Assembly (NCBI GenBank): GCA_018646675.1
Contig: JABGUH010000039.1
Span: 3,833-67,832, forward strand
DNA length: 64,000 bases
From: Bdellovibrionales bacterium
GTDB lineage: Bacteria; Bdellovibrionota; Bacteriovoracia; Bacteriovoracales; Bacteriovoracaceae
Reading direction: 5' to 3'
The notes beneath the pieces were generated by a model. That model searched no databases. It had not been told where the DNA came from and was given only the letters and a program-made list of their open reading frames with translations. Position 1 is the stretch's first letter; the number at the start of each line of letters is the position of its first letter. The translations under genes were made by a program, and so were the position numbers. Of this stretch, positions 35,464 to 44,844 are shown in pieces.

Positions 35464-36519
35464 TTAGGAGCGATCTTCTACCTTATCACTATCGACTTCT
35501 GCTTCTGATGTATAGGTAACGACAAGATTGCGTCCTCTCTCCTTGGCCTGATAAAGAGCAATATCCGCTTTTTTTACCAGCTGCTGTACATTTACCTCCA
35601 TTGAGGAGTCAAACATGGCATAGCCAATACTACTGGTGAGATAGATCTCATCTTGCCCTTTGACGAAGTGGGTGGTCTCTATTTTGCGCCGCAATCGCTC
35701 ACATAGGGTTCTCATCCCCTCTTCAGTCACTTCCGTTATTAACAGTAGAAATTCATCGCCACCGTAGCGGGCCCCAATATCCACCTCTCGAATTAAACTT
35801 TTTATAATCTTTCCAATCTCTTGCAAAACAAAGCTGCCAAATAGGTGGTTATGGTCATCATTGACCGACTTAAACCTGTCCATATCCATCATCACCAGTC
35901 CCGTTTGATGGACAAAACGCTTACTGCGAGTCAGCTCTTTTTCAATTCTGCCAAAAACAGAGCGCATATTATAGAGACCGGTTAAATCATCAATCTCAAC
36001 CAGATGTTCACTTTTGGCCAATTTAGCCTCAGTCTTCTTTAACTCCGTAGTCTCAACCCCAATTACTACTGCCTCTTTATCTTCGGCATACTTACTACCG
36101 ATCACCCAGAAGTAGCGCTTCTCCAACTCATCAATCCCAGATATTAGCTCTCGATAGAGCGTAGGACGTTGACTAGAAAATAGATCTTTACAAAAATTGA
36201 AAAAGTAGTCCTCATTGGTCTTAAAGCCGATCTGCTTTCCCACATAGTCGTCGTTGGAGAGGTTTGCCAAATTGCTTAATGCCTTATTCACTCCTAAGTA
36301 GTTGTAACGATTATCAATCCAAGAGATAGTACAGGGAATATTATCTACTACCACCTTGAGTTTCTCCAACTCGGCCACTGCTTGATCTCGTTCAGCAGTC
36401 AATTGATTTACTCGCTCAGTAAATGCCTTGATAACCTGCCCAGGTGATTGATCGAGATCGATCTCATCCTGCTCACTCACCTCTGCAGAGATCTCACGAC
36501 CTTCATGTGCCTTTGTCAC
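35464..36519 (-). CDS. Diguanylate cyclase (GGDEF) with N-terminal coiled-coil and PAS-like sensor region
   Basis: 351 aa. The active site is RYGGDEF, with an RxxD I-site five residues upstream (REVDIGARYGGDEF). Also DDLTGLYNMR and DMDRFKSVND. The PAS-like region spans aa ~55-170. Confidence 0.85.
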   Translation of the reverse strand: MTKAHEGREISAEVSEQDEIDLDQSPGQVIKAFTERVNQLTAERDQAVAELEKLKVVVDNIPCTISWIDNRYNYLGVNKALSNLANLSNDDYVGKQIGFKTNEDYFFNFCKDLFSSQRPTLYRELISGIDELEKRYFWVIGSKYAEDKEAVVIGVETTELKKTEAKLAKSEHLVEIDDLTGLYNMRSVFGRIEKELTRSKRFVHQTGLVMMDMDRFKSVNDDHNHLFGSFVLQEIGKIIKSLIREVDIGARYGGDEFLLLITEVTEEGMRTLCERLRRKIETTHFVKGQDEIYLTSSIGYAMFDSSMEVNVQQLVKKADIALYQAKERGRNLVVTYTSEAEVDSDKVEDRS

Positions 36520-36664
36520 ATCTCTCCCCTTTAATCTAAGATATATTAGATATTATGATGCTTAAGGAAACCGGTGTCTAGCCGAAATTATTGACCTATG
36601 TAATAAGTTGAACGCGGACTAAATCAGTGGCCTTTGGCCACAAAATTTAGTACAACCCGACGTT

Positions 36665-38734
36665 ATGATGGAAACAACCAGACCTTTTAGTAGCTTTGAC
36701 TTAAACCCTCGATTGGTGCATACAGTCAATCAAGGAGGTCTGCTAAACGCCTCCCTAATTCAAGATATTGCAATTGAGCCAATCTTGGCCGGTGAGGATA
36801 TCTCCATCCAAGCAAAGACCGGCAGTGGTAAGACTGCTGCCTTTGCCATTCCGATTATTGAACAACTACTACGTCGAGAGGATGGCGATGGTGATAACTG
36901 TCCCACTGCCAATGCCCCTTTGTACGTGGTACTAAGCCCTACTCGTGAGTTGGCCGGCCAAACAAATCAAGTATTTAAAAACTTTGGTGATCAACTCAAG
37001 CTCTCCACCGTCTGTATGGTGGGAGGAGAGAGTATTGAGAAACAAAAGGAGCTAGTGGCAAAGGGAGTACACATTATCGTCGCCACCCCTGGCCGTCTGA
37101 AGGATCTAATCAACCAAAAAGTGGTTAAACTTGATAGCTGTTGTGGAGTGGTGTTTGATGAGGCTGACAGACTGTTTGATATGGGTTTTAAGCCAGATAT
37201 AGAGTATATCCTAAATCATGTTCCGGTTGAGCGCCAATTGGTCATGCTGTCGGCCACCACTAATATGGATGTGCTAAGAACTGCATACCGCTATAAGTCT
37301 CATCCCATGGAGCTTAAAGTGGGAGAAGATGGACTGATGGTGGAACATATTGACCACCAGATAGCGATGATCTCTCAAAAGGAGAAGATGTCCTTCCTAG
37401 TACATCTTTTGCGCCAACAGGAGAACGTCTACGGCCTAGTATTTTGTAACACCCAATATATGACTCACACTGTTGCTGAGTGGCTTAAAAAAATGAATTT
37501 TAAGGCACAGGCAATATCTGGCCGCCTCCCTCAAGGAAAACGCAACAGCCTAATGCGAGATTTTCGTAGTCGCGAGATCACTATTTTAGTCTCGACAGAT
37601 GTGGCGGCCCGCGGGTTGGATATTGAGGATATAGGCTTGGTAATCAACTACGATCTTCCTAATGAAGCCGCCAACTATGTCCACCGTATTGGACGAACTG
37701 GCCGCGCCGGCAAGAGTGGACTGGCCGTCAGCTTCTGTGCCCATGAGGATTGTGAATACCTAGATGCTATCTATGACTTTATCGGCGCTAAAATTCCTAA
37801 AATGGATATTTCAGATGATGACTTTGCCACTGATCTCTGCCGCCGCCCACATATCGACCAAAGGACTTTAAAAGTGAGTGAATCAACCTCCCAAGAGCAT
37901 CGGCCCACCCGCACTAGAACCAAGCAACGTCCACCGAACCATAATAAAAGTGACGAGGACAAACCCCAACGTCAGAGGAGGGCCCAAGGCCCAAAGATTG
38001 AACAGCATCGTCAAGATGTTGCCACCAAAAAGCTGCCTGGTGAGCAGATGACTGCCAAAGAGAGTGATAAGCCAGATCGACGTTTTTTTGAAATTACCAG
38101 CTCGAACCAACAAGAGGCTGATCAACTAGCAATGTCAGCACTGCGAATCACCGATCCTGGGCTCCTTGGCCACACGGTTCTTGAAGAGGGACGGAAGAAA
38201 TATCTCCTTTTTGGCCCAAAAGAGGTTAGCTACCAGTACTTTATCCGACCGATCTATAAGCGACTACTAACACCATTCATTACCCAGATGCTTGAGTTGG
38301 CCCAACTGGAGCTAACTGTACGTGTCTCTTTCAGTAATCCGACACTTAAGGTCAACTTCGTCGGTAAAGATGCAGAGCTGTTGCGCCAAAATGGTGGTGA
38401 GATGCTTCGTGCATTTGAGTACCTAATCAAAACCTATGTTGGAAGACGTGTTCGCCCCCATCGTGGCATTAGATATGTAGTCCGCAGCTACACCGAAGAG
38501 TTGGAACGAGACTCAAGACCACGAGGCGAAAAAAGTGATAGCTACCTACTGAAACTAATTGAGAAGAGCAGCCAACAAGTTCTCGAACAGGGTGCCCCGG
38601 TACAACTTAAACCTCTTAACCCTAAAGACCGCCGCTTTGTCCACCAACAGCTCTCTGATGGGAACTCAAGGTTTAAGACCACCTCCATTGGTGATGGGCG
38701 CTTTAAACGTATTGAAATAAGCATGAAAGAGTAA
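36665..38734 (+). CDS. DEAD-box RNA helicase fused to a C-terminal Jag/KhpB-like module (Jag_N-like, KH-like, R3H)
   Basis: Helicase motifs: AKTGSGKT (I), PTRELA (Ia), TPGRL (Ib), DEAD (II), SAT (III) and HRIGRTGRAG (VI). A basic low-complexity linker spans aa ~395-470. Next comes FEITSSNQQEADQLAMSALRITDPGLLGHTVLEEGRKKYLLFG (Jag_N-like) and VNFVGKDAELLRQNGGEMLRAFEYLIK (KH-like). The R3H region is LNPKDRRFVHQQL. Confidence 0.8.
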   Translation: MMETTRPFSSFDLNPRLVHTVNQGGLLNASLIQDIAIEPILAGEDISIQAKTGSGKTAAFAIPIIEQLLRREDGDGDNCPTANAPLYVVLSPTRELAGQTNQVFKNFGDQLKLSTVCMVGGESIEKQKELVAKGVHIIVATPGRLKDLINQKVVKLDSCCGVVFDEADRLFDMGFKPDIEYILNHVPVERQLVMLSATTNMDVLRTAYRYKSHPMELKVGEDGLMVEHIDHQIAMISQKEKMSFLVHLLRQQENVYGLVFCNTQYMTHTVAEWLKKMNFKAQAISGRLPQGKRNSLMRDFRSREITILVSTDVAARGLDIEDIGLVINYDLPNEAANYVHRIGRTGRAGKSGLAVSFCAHEDCEYLDAIYDFIGAKIPKMDISDDDFATDLCRRPHIDQRTLKVSESTSQEHRPTRTRTKQRPPNHNKSDEDKPQRQRRAQGPKIEQHRQDVATKKLPGEQMTAKESDKPDRRFFEITSSNQQEADQLAMSALRITDPGLLGHTVLEEGRKKYLLFGPKEVSYQYFIRPIYKRLLTPFITQMLELAQLELTVRVSFSNPTLKVNFVGKDAELLRQNGGEMLRAFEYLIKTYVGRRVRPHRGIRYVVRSYTEELERDSRPRGEKSDSYLLKLIEKSSQQVLEQGAPVQLKPLNPKDRRFVHQQLSDGNSRFKTTSIGDGRFKRIEISMKE

Positions 38735-38775
38735 CAAAAAATCCGAAACCAATCACTACAAACTAGGAGATAAAC

Positions 38776-39189
38776 ATGAAAATTCACCTAAGCGCAATAA
38801 TAGGGATTATCTGTCTTGTGCCATTTTTTGCTTGGGGTGCAGAAGATCGCTGTGCTAGTAGCACTCCTGCCATAATGCCTTGTTTTAAAGCGGCATGCCA
38901 AGAGCTACCAAGCTACAAATGTGACCAATTAGATGAGATGAAGCAAATTCTCTCTTCCTGCCAAGGAAACTACGGTGATCTCTGTCTAAAGCATTCGTTC
39001 AAATATTTATCTAGTTATAAGTATGACGACCTGACTGAGATGAGTGCGTTAGCTGCTAGCTGCCAAGGTGTGAAAGAGGTAGAGTGTATCGATCTACTCT
39101 GCAGTGAAGTAGGAGCGTTCGGCTGTAACGATCTTGAGGAGATGGTTAATATCAACAGATCATGCGCCGCATTAATGACGACTAGATAA
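38776..39189 (+). CDS. Small secreted Cys-rich protein built from three ~33-aa repeats
   Basis: 137 aa with signal peptide MKIHLSAIIGIICLVPFFAWGA. The repeats are SYKCDQLDEMKQILSSCQG, SYKYDDLTEMSALAASCQG and AFGCNDLEEMVNINRSCAA. No family recognised. Confidence 0.55.
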   Translation: MKIHLSAIIGIICLVPFFAWGAEDRCASSTPAIMPCFKAACQELPSYKCDQLDEMKQILSSCQGNYGDLCLKHSFKYLSSYKYDDLTEMSALAASCQGVKEVECIDLLCSEVGAFGCNDLEEMVNINRSCAALMTTR

Positions 39190-39291
39190 TCTAGCTGTCC
39201 CCTACTTTTACATATTTCTTCGGCTAGCAATAGACTTGCTACTCTGCTAAAATTTTTAATTAACTATTGGATTAGCGATTGAAGGTGGTAG

Positions 39292-39987
39292 ATGGCAACT
39301 CCCAAGAAGAAGAAAAAACAATTCCGCTCTAAGAAAGTCTCACATACAGAAGTAAAAAATCGTATCGTCAGTATGTTTCGAGATAAGATCCCAGTCACTA
39401 TCTGGCAAGGGAATAATATCGTTGGAGCACTAATCACTAACATCTCAGCTGGCTCCTACCAAATTGTCTTAAAAGTCGATTCAAATGAGCCACTTAACTT
39501 TAGCCACCGTGAGAATATTCACCTCTTTGGCCGGGGAATGCTGGCCCAAACCTCTATTGTTAGCACCTGTAATGAACAGATGCTGATACGGCTTGTGATC
39601 CCCGACCCACAAACCGTACGACTAACTGAGAACCGGCAAAATGGCCGTCTGGACACTGTGGATACTACTGTTCACCTAACATTGAAGACCGTTGATGAAG
39701 CTAAAGTAAAATTTGGAATGGTATTGGTCAACCTCTCCCGACAAGGTATCGCCGCTCGGATGCCCCATGGACGCGATGCTACCTTTATTCGCTGTGAGCA
39801 GCTTCAGATGCTGGGCTTTGGCCGCAGCTCCTTTGAAGCTCCAATTACACTAACGATTGGCCACATCACCAATAACGTGAATATTAAAAATTATGGCCCC
39901 AACAATACTGTTTTAGGGTTACAATTTTCTCAAATTTTGAAGAAGGTAGAGTTTATCCATCTACTGGAGGAGATTAACAAAGCATAA
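39292..39987 (+). CDS. PilZ-domain protein, paralogue 1 of 3 (YcgR-like two-domain layout)
   Basis: 231 aa. The c-di-GMP motifs are RxxxR (ENRQNGRLDT) and (D/N)xSxxG (VNLSRQGIA). The N-terminal domain carries the shared motif TIWQGNNI, and the C-terminal motif is GPNNTVLGLQF. Confidence 0.7.
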   Translation: MATPKKKKKQFRSKKVSHTEVKNRIVSMFRDKIPVTIWQGNNIVGALITNISAGSYQIVLKVDSNEPLNFSHRENIHLFGRGMLAQTSIVSTCNEQMLIRLVIPDPQTVRLTENRQNGRLDTVDTTVHLTLKTVDEAKVKFGMVLVNLSRQGIAARMPHGRDATFIRCEQLQMLGFGRSSFEAPITLTIGHITNNVNIKNYGPNNTVLGLQFSQILKKVEFIHLLEEINKA

Positions 39988-40014
39988 TCTAAGTGGATTA
40001 GAGGTTGGAGAAAG

Positions 40015-40746
40015 ATGAGTAAAAGCGATAGTGACAAACATGCTGTGAATATTGACGTTAGCAACTACCGTGACACCTCTGTCGTCTATGATGAGATACG
40101 CCAAGTATTTCATGAGTTCTGCCGTAACCGTAGCCCGGTTGTCATCTGGCAAAAAAACAATATAAAATCGGGTCGGATCAAGACCATCGACAAAAAAGAC
40201 AATATCATTACCATTCTAGGAATCAATAACGACAAGTTACATTTTTCAGATAGTGATTCCATCTTTTTTTACAATGAGGAGCACAGCGTTTTTGGTAAGT
40301 CTAAAATTATCTCTGCTGATCAAGAAGCGAACACTGTCTCGATGGCTTTTCCCTCCATGGGCAAAGTGAAGCTGGCTGAAAATAGAAAGTCTGGCCGGAT
40401 TGCTACTTTAGATCGACATATCTCAATCTCGCTGAAAAAAGAGCTCTTTCCTACTCCCGTTTCTGCTCTCTATCTGGTCAATATCTCTTCTGGTGGAATG
40501 GCAGTTAGGGTAACAAATGAGAGTAGCAATATTTTTCACTCGAATGAAGTGGTGGAGTGGAGTAAATTTAGTGGGGGCTCTTTCAAATCTCCGCTAAAAG
40601 TTACTATCTGCCATGTATCTAAACATGTACATTTACCCAACTTGGGAGATAACAATACTGTTATTGGTATTGAGTTTAACCAACCAATTCCGCAACGAGA
40701 GTATGTGAAATTACTTGAAAAGCTTTTTTACGATCGGAGCAAGTAA
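40015..40746 (+). CDS. PilZ-domain protein, paralogue 2 of 3
   Basis: 243 aa. Motifs are ENRKSGRIAT (RxxxR), VNISSGGMAV (NxSxxG), VIWQKNNI and GDNNTVIGIEF. Collinear with paralogue 3 along its whole length. Confidence 0.72.
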   Translation: MSKSDSDKHAVNIDVSNYRDTSVVYDEIRQVFHEFCRNRSPVVIWQKNNIKSGRIKTIDKKDNIITILGINNDKLHFSDSDSIFFYNEEHSVFGKSKIISADQEANTVSMAFPSMGKVKLAENRKSGRIATLDRHISISLKKELFPTPVSALYLVNISSGGMAVRVTNESSNIFHSNEVVEWSKFSGGSFKSPLKVTICHVSKHVHLPNLGDNNTVIGIEFNQPIPQREYVKLLEKLFYDRSK

Positions 40747-41492
40747 TGAATCCGAAGAACAAGACTAACGTCAAGCCCCCCCCTACGGAGAAGCTCTCTA
40801 CCTATCGAGAGTCAACACCTCTACATAATGAGATCCAACTTGCTCTTGATACTTTCTTGGTCGAAAATCGAATCCTAACTCTCTGGCAAGGAAAAAACAT
40901 TCAGACCGCTAAGGTGATCTCAATTGATGAGATGAGTGATACTTTTACCCTGACCGGAGAGCAGGAATCTTCCCTGCAATTTACTAACACTACTTCGCTC
41001 TATTTTTTTAGTGAAGAAGATAATATCTTTGGGAAATCGGATATTATTTGTGATAACCATGATCAAAATACCGTTACGATTAAATTCCCCAGCCTGGATG
41101 CAATAAAATTTCCTGAAGGACGCTCGGCCAGTCGAGTTGGCACCCTTGCGTTCTATGTTGCAATTGATCTGCAAAAAAATAATTTTCCTGGCCCAGTCTC
41201 TGGTCTCTACATGGTAAACATCTCTCCCAAGGGGATGGCAGTTCGAGTTGCTGATGAAAGTAATAACCTGTTTAGTCAAGGAGAGTGTGTTGAGTGGTGC
41301 TCATTACGAGGAACCGCTCTAAAAAAGAAAATCCCAGTTACAATATCTCATATCACCGAGTTTGTGCCACTACCAAAACTGGGAGACAATAATACTATTA
41401 TCGGTATAAATTTTGATCAGCCATTTGAAAAAAAAGAGTATGTAAAGCTTCTTGAGAAGCTATTCAAGGATAGCAAGAGCGTCAAGAAATAG
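40746..41492 (+). CDS. PilZ-domain protein, paralogue 3 of 3
   Basis: 248 aa. Motifs are [10 protein letters not shown] (RxxxR), [10 protein letters not shown] (NxSxxG), TLWQGKNI and [11 protein letters not shown]. It shares the C-terminal YVKLLEKLF with paralogue 2. The start overlaps the upstream stop (TAATG). The 3' end overlaps the convergent recQ by 33 nt. Confidence 0.72.
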   Translation: MNPKNKTNVKPPPTEKLSTYRESTPLHNEIQLALDTFLVENRILTLWQGKNIQTAKVISIDEMSDTFTLTGEQESSLQFTNTTSLYFFSEEDNIFGKSDIICDNHDQNTVTIKFPSLDAIKFPEGRSASRVGTLAFYVAIDLQKNNFPGPVSGLYMVNISPKGMAVRVADESNNLFSQGECVEWCSLRGTALKKKIPVTISHITEFVPLPKLGDNNTIIGINFDQPFEKKEYVKLLEKLFKDSKSVKK

Positions 41493-43331
41493 CTGTCCAT
41501 ATTTTCGCAATTTTTTAGGGCCCACCCCATATACCCCTTCTAGGTCAGCCAACGTCTTGGGGCGCAGCTTTAACATCTCATGTAATGTTTTGTCCGGAAA
41601 AACCCGGTAGGCTTTTGTCCGATGTCTCTTGGCCACTCCCTGACGATACTCACGTAACCGCTCAAACGGAGGGAGATCGCTCCCCTTGAAAATAGTTAGC
41701 GACTTGGTCGCACGCTGATGACTGCTCCTAACTGAAATATTATTCGAGCTGGATATCTTGGCCTTCGATCTTTTTTTCCAAGGAGGAACTAAAACCTTAC
41801 GCTCCCCTTCTAGTACTTCTAAAGCAAAAGAGGTCATCATTACCCCTTCACGACCATCGGCGTAGACCTTCAAAATACCAGCAGCAACTAAGCTGCGGGC
41901 CAGAGAGAACCAACTAGCAGAGGAGTGCCTCTCTCCCTGGCCAAAGATATTCAAACAGTGATGCTCCTCTCTCTCTACTTGTAAAGTCTGTACTCCGCAT
42001 AGAAGATCGACCAGATGAGGAATAGAGTACCCACCACCAGTCTGATGAACCGCCATCAAAAAGAGAATCGCCTCCGGGGTAGCATCAATCATCTCCTGCC
42101 TATCATCAAGGCAGTTATCACAATTATTACAAGGTCCATGATAGTCATCACAAAAGTGGGCCAATAAGACCTCCCGTCGGCATAGGTGAGTTTCACAAAA
42201 CCCCAGCATCGCTTCTAACTTACGCTCTCCTAACCGTCTCCTGGCAGCACTGCCAGCACTCTTTTGCATCATCTTTTTTAACATTACCAGGTCTTGTGGA
42301 CCATAAAGCATCCAGGCATCAGCGGGCAAGCCATCCCGGCCAGCACGTCCAGTCTCTTGGTAATAGGACTCAAGGCATTTGGGAAGATTCATATGGCAGA
42401 CAAAACGAACATCCGGACGATCAATCCCCATCCCAAAAGCAATGGTCGCGACAATTACCGCATCCGGTTCAGTTAAAAAGAGAGTCTGTATCCTAGAGCG
42501 AGCAGTGGCAGACATACCTGCATGATAGTAGCGAGCATTAACTCCACACTCTTGTAGAAATTCTGCGACCTCTTCACACCCTCGTCGAGAGAGACAGTAG
42601 ACAATACCTCCCTTCCCCATATGCTCTGTTTGAATAAAATTCACCAGACGTTGCATATTCTCTATTTTTCTTCCCTTTTTATCAATGCGATATCTAATAT
42701 TAGGGCGATCAAAGCCGGTAACAAAGACCCTTGCCTGGGGTAACTGTAGCGAGTTCACCATCTCCTTGCGAGTTAACTCTCCAGCAGTTGCGGTTAATGC
42801 AACTCGAGGCACATCAGAAAAGTGATCTCCAATTACTGCTAACTGTAAATATTCTGGCCGAAAGTCATGTCCCCATTGGGAGACACAGTGGGCCTCATCA
42901 ATCGCAAAGAGAGATATTTCAACTCTTTGTAACAAGCCAAGAGTTCGTTCCAACATTAGACGCTCTGGTGAGATATAAAGCAGCTCTAAATTGCCGGCCA
43001 ACAGCTCATGTTCAATCAACCGCTGATCTGAATAGTTAAGTGATGAATTCAAGTAGGCAGCTCTCACTCCCTTTCTTGTCAGGGCATCCACCTGATCTTT
43101 CATCAATGCGATCAGTGGGGATATAACAATCCCGGTTCCAGACCTTAGGATTGCGGGAATTTGATAACAGAGCGACTTCCCACCCCCGGTAGGCATTAAG
43201 ACAAGTGCATCGTTACCGGCAATTAGGGTTTCCACCACCTCTTGTTGACAGAGACGAAAAGTGTCATAACCAAATACTTGTTGCAAAAGTTTCAGGGAAT
43301 TTAACTTTGGAGTCGTCGGCAAGCTCTCCAC
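41460..43331 (-). CDS. recQ: ATP-dependent DNA helicase RecQ
   Basis: 623 aa. Motifs are [49 protein letters not shown] and [11 protein letters not shown] Zn-binding Cys cluster ([10 protein letters not shown]...CNNCDNC) and a C-terminal HRDC-like region are present. The GTG start overlaps the upstream stop (TAGTG). Confidence 0.92.
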   Translation of the reverse strand: MESLPTTPKLNSLKLLQQVFGYDTFRLCQQEVVETLIAGNDALVLMPTGGGKSLCYQIPAILRSGTGIVISPLIALMKDQVDALTRKGVRAAYLNSSLNYSDQRLIEHELLAGNLELLYISPERLMLERTLGLLQRVEISLFAIDEAHCVSQWGHDFRPEYLQLAVIGDHFSDVPRVALTATAGELTRKEMVNSLQLPQARVFVTGFDRPNIRYRIDKKGRKIENMQRLVNFIQTEHMGKGGIVYCLSRRGCEEVAEFLQECGVNARYYHAGMSATARSRIQTLFLTEPDAVIVATIAFGMGIDRPDVRFVCHMNLPKCLESYYQETGRAGRDGLPADAWMLYGPQDLVMLKKMMQKSAGSAARRRLGERKLEAMLGFCETHLCRREVLLAHFCDDYHGPCNNCDNCLDDRQEMIDATPEAILFLMAVHQTGGGYSIPHLVDLLCGVQTLQVEREEHHCLNIFGQGERHSSASWFSLARSLVAAGILKVYADGREGVMMTSFALEVLEGERKVLVPPWKKRSKAKISSSNNISVRSSHQRATKSLTIFKGSDLPPFERLREYRQGVAKRHRTKAYRVFPDKTLHEMLKLRPKTLADLEGVYGVGPKKLRKYGQLFLDALAILE

Positions 43332-44689
43332 TAAAGTATCTCGTGCGGCAGTACTCTTTTGACCGGTCGAAAATAGGTATATGGAGTATAACTGTCGAAG
43401 TCAGAGATAGAGGACATGTAGATGCAAGCGTACTTCTCAACATGGCGGGCAAAACGACTCTCCTCTTGTCCAGCGCGCATCACCTCTCCCCAATAAGGAT
43501 TAAACTCCCCTTGATAGCTACCGATCTGGCCCGAAATATCCTGATTGATCTTTTCGATCTGGGCCAGTACTGTATCGATAGTCTTACGGTCCTTCTCATC
43601 TTCATTGGTAAAAAGTTGATTTAACTTTAGCTCCAATCGCCCCTTTTGCTCCATCAATTTATCAATCTGTTCTTGTACCGGCCGCACACGTTTTAGCGAT
43701 ACCATCTCCTGTTCTAAAGGCTCTAGTACCAGTGCGGTTCGCCAGTTACAGGTTTTTTTGATACTAACCACATCTCCGTAGATATGGTCTCCGATATAAA
43801 GGATCTGCTCACCGGTCAACTTTAGATCATGCTCTAACTGCTGGGCACTCCCCCCTTGATAGATTCCGGAAGTGATCGGTCCATCCACATTGGACATTAA
43901 TCCACTTTTTTCATCCACCTGCAAGAAACGGCGTTTTTGGGTGAAAAAATTGGGCTTTTCAGAAGCAGTGATCGTCAGCTCAAAGAGTTCACTCCAGCAT
44001 TTGTGCTCCTTTAAATAAGGATTAATTGAGAAATCCAATAATAACTTAGAGTAGTTGTAGTCAGAGTTAGTAATAATAAGTAATTTTTTTCCGTGTCGCT
44101 TGAGACGCTCCAACACCCCGACCATAGTAGGAGATGGCATAATATAGTCCGCAATGTTCTTTCTAACTTGATCCTTTAAAGATCCGTCACAGTGAGCACT
44201 ATCCAAGACAGTGATCAGGTCACTGGCCATCTGAGTATATGATGGTAGTTTCAAGTCAGGTTTGGTCTCCATTAACTCAACCAACTGGGCATAGAGAATC
44301 CCGTGTGTCAGCGAGAATGAACTATCAAGCGGCCAGATATTATTATCCGCAAGATCAATTACTAAGTTACGATAGATCTTCTGCTGTTTACGAAAGGTTA
44401 ACTGCTGCAAACCGTGGTAGGCGGTCTTCACTTTTCCAAAACAGTTCAACTTGATAATATTTCCACGTAGGCTATCTATTACCAACCCTTGAATCGTTCG
44501 TTGAAAATCAAATTTAAGACTCTTGACCTCAGGTGGGTAACCCAATTGTTTAATCAATTTATCAATTAATACATGGTAGGTTAATCTTTCAAAGTTCTCA
44601 GTTTTGTAGCGAACTAAGGTGTGGTCCATATCGAAACCGATCGCCCAAATCCGTTTCATATCAAGTGTCCGATTGACTAATATCGTCAT
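43331..44689 (-). CDS. HAD-IG family 5'-nucleotidase (cytosolic purine 5'-nucleotidase cN-II-like)
   Basis: HAD motif I in the cN-II context [15 protein letters not shown]. Also [12 protein letters not shown] and [10 protein letters not shown] (motif IV). The length fits the family. The ATG at 44689 (MTILVNRTL...) is preceded by AGGAGAG; the track start is TTG 44713. Confidence 0.7.
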   Translation of the reverse strand: MTILVNRTLDMKRIWAIGFDMDHTLVRYKTENFERLTYHVLIDKLIKQLGYPPEVKSLKFDFQRTIQGLVIDSLRGNIIKLNCFGKVKTAYHGLQQLTFRKQQKIYRNLVIDLADNNIWPLDSSFSLTHGILYAQLVELMETKPDLKLPSYTQMASDLITVLDSAHCDGSLKDQVRKNIADYIMPSPTMVGVLERLKRHGKKLLIITNSDYNYSKLLLDFSINPYLKEHKCWSELFELTITASEKPNFFTQKRRFLQVDEKSGLMSNVDGPITSGIYQGGSAQQLEHDLKLTGEQILYIGDHIYGDVVSIKKTCNWRTALVLEPLEQEMVSLKRVRPVQEQIDKLMEQKGRLELKLNQLFTNEDEKDRKTIDTVLAQIEKINQDISGQIGSYQGEFNPYWGEVMRAGQEESRFARHVEKYACIYMSSISDFDSYTPYTYFRPVKRVLPHEIL

Positions 44690-44789
44690 TTTGTCTCTCC
44701 TAAATAGATCCAATATGTTAACAAGTAGACCTTTACCTCGTCAATTTGAAGAATTCATCTATCACCCGATCGGTCACCTCAATATACCT

Positions 44790-44817
44790 TTTACCTTTAT
44801 ATTTCATACGTTACAAT
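44790..44817 (+). promoter_or_regulatory. Candidate sigma70-type promoter for the 44845 / rml gene string
   Basis: TTTACC (44790-44795), a 16-nt spacer, then TACAAT (44812-44817), ending 27 nt upstream of the ATG at 44845. The -35 element matches 4 of 6 positions. Eye-matched only. Confidence 0.3.
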
Positions 44818-44844
44818 GTCGTTTAATAATTATATGAGGATTTA

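Noticed and set aside
39292-41492. Tandem repeated genes as a possible mobile or phase-variable cassette
   Set aside because: The copies are diverged at DNA level. There are no flanking repeats or recombinase, and all three keep intact ligand-binding motifs. Ordinary tandem gene duplication explains them.
41460-44713. RecQ-like helicase plus nucleotidase as a possible phage-defence module
   Set aside because: The helicase has the complete housekeeping RecQ architecture (helicase core, Zn/RQC-type Cys cluster, HRDC). The locus has no nuclease, sensor or toxin-like partner and no mobile-element context.
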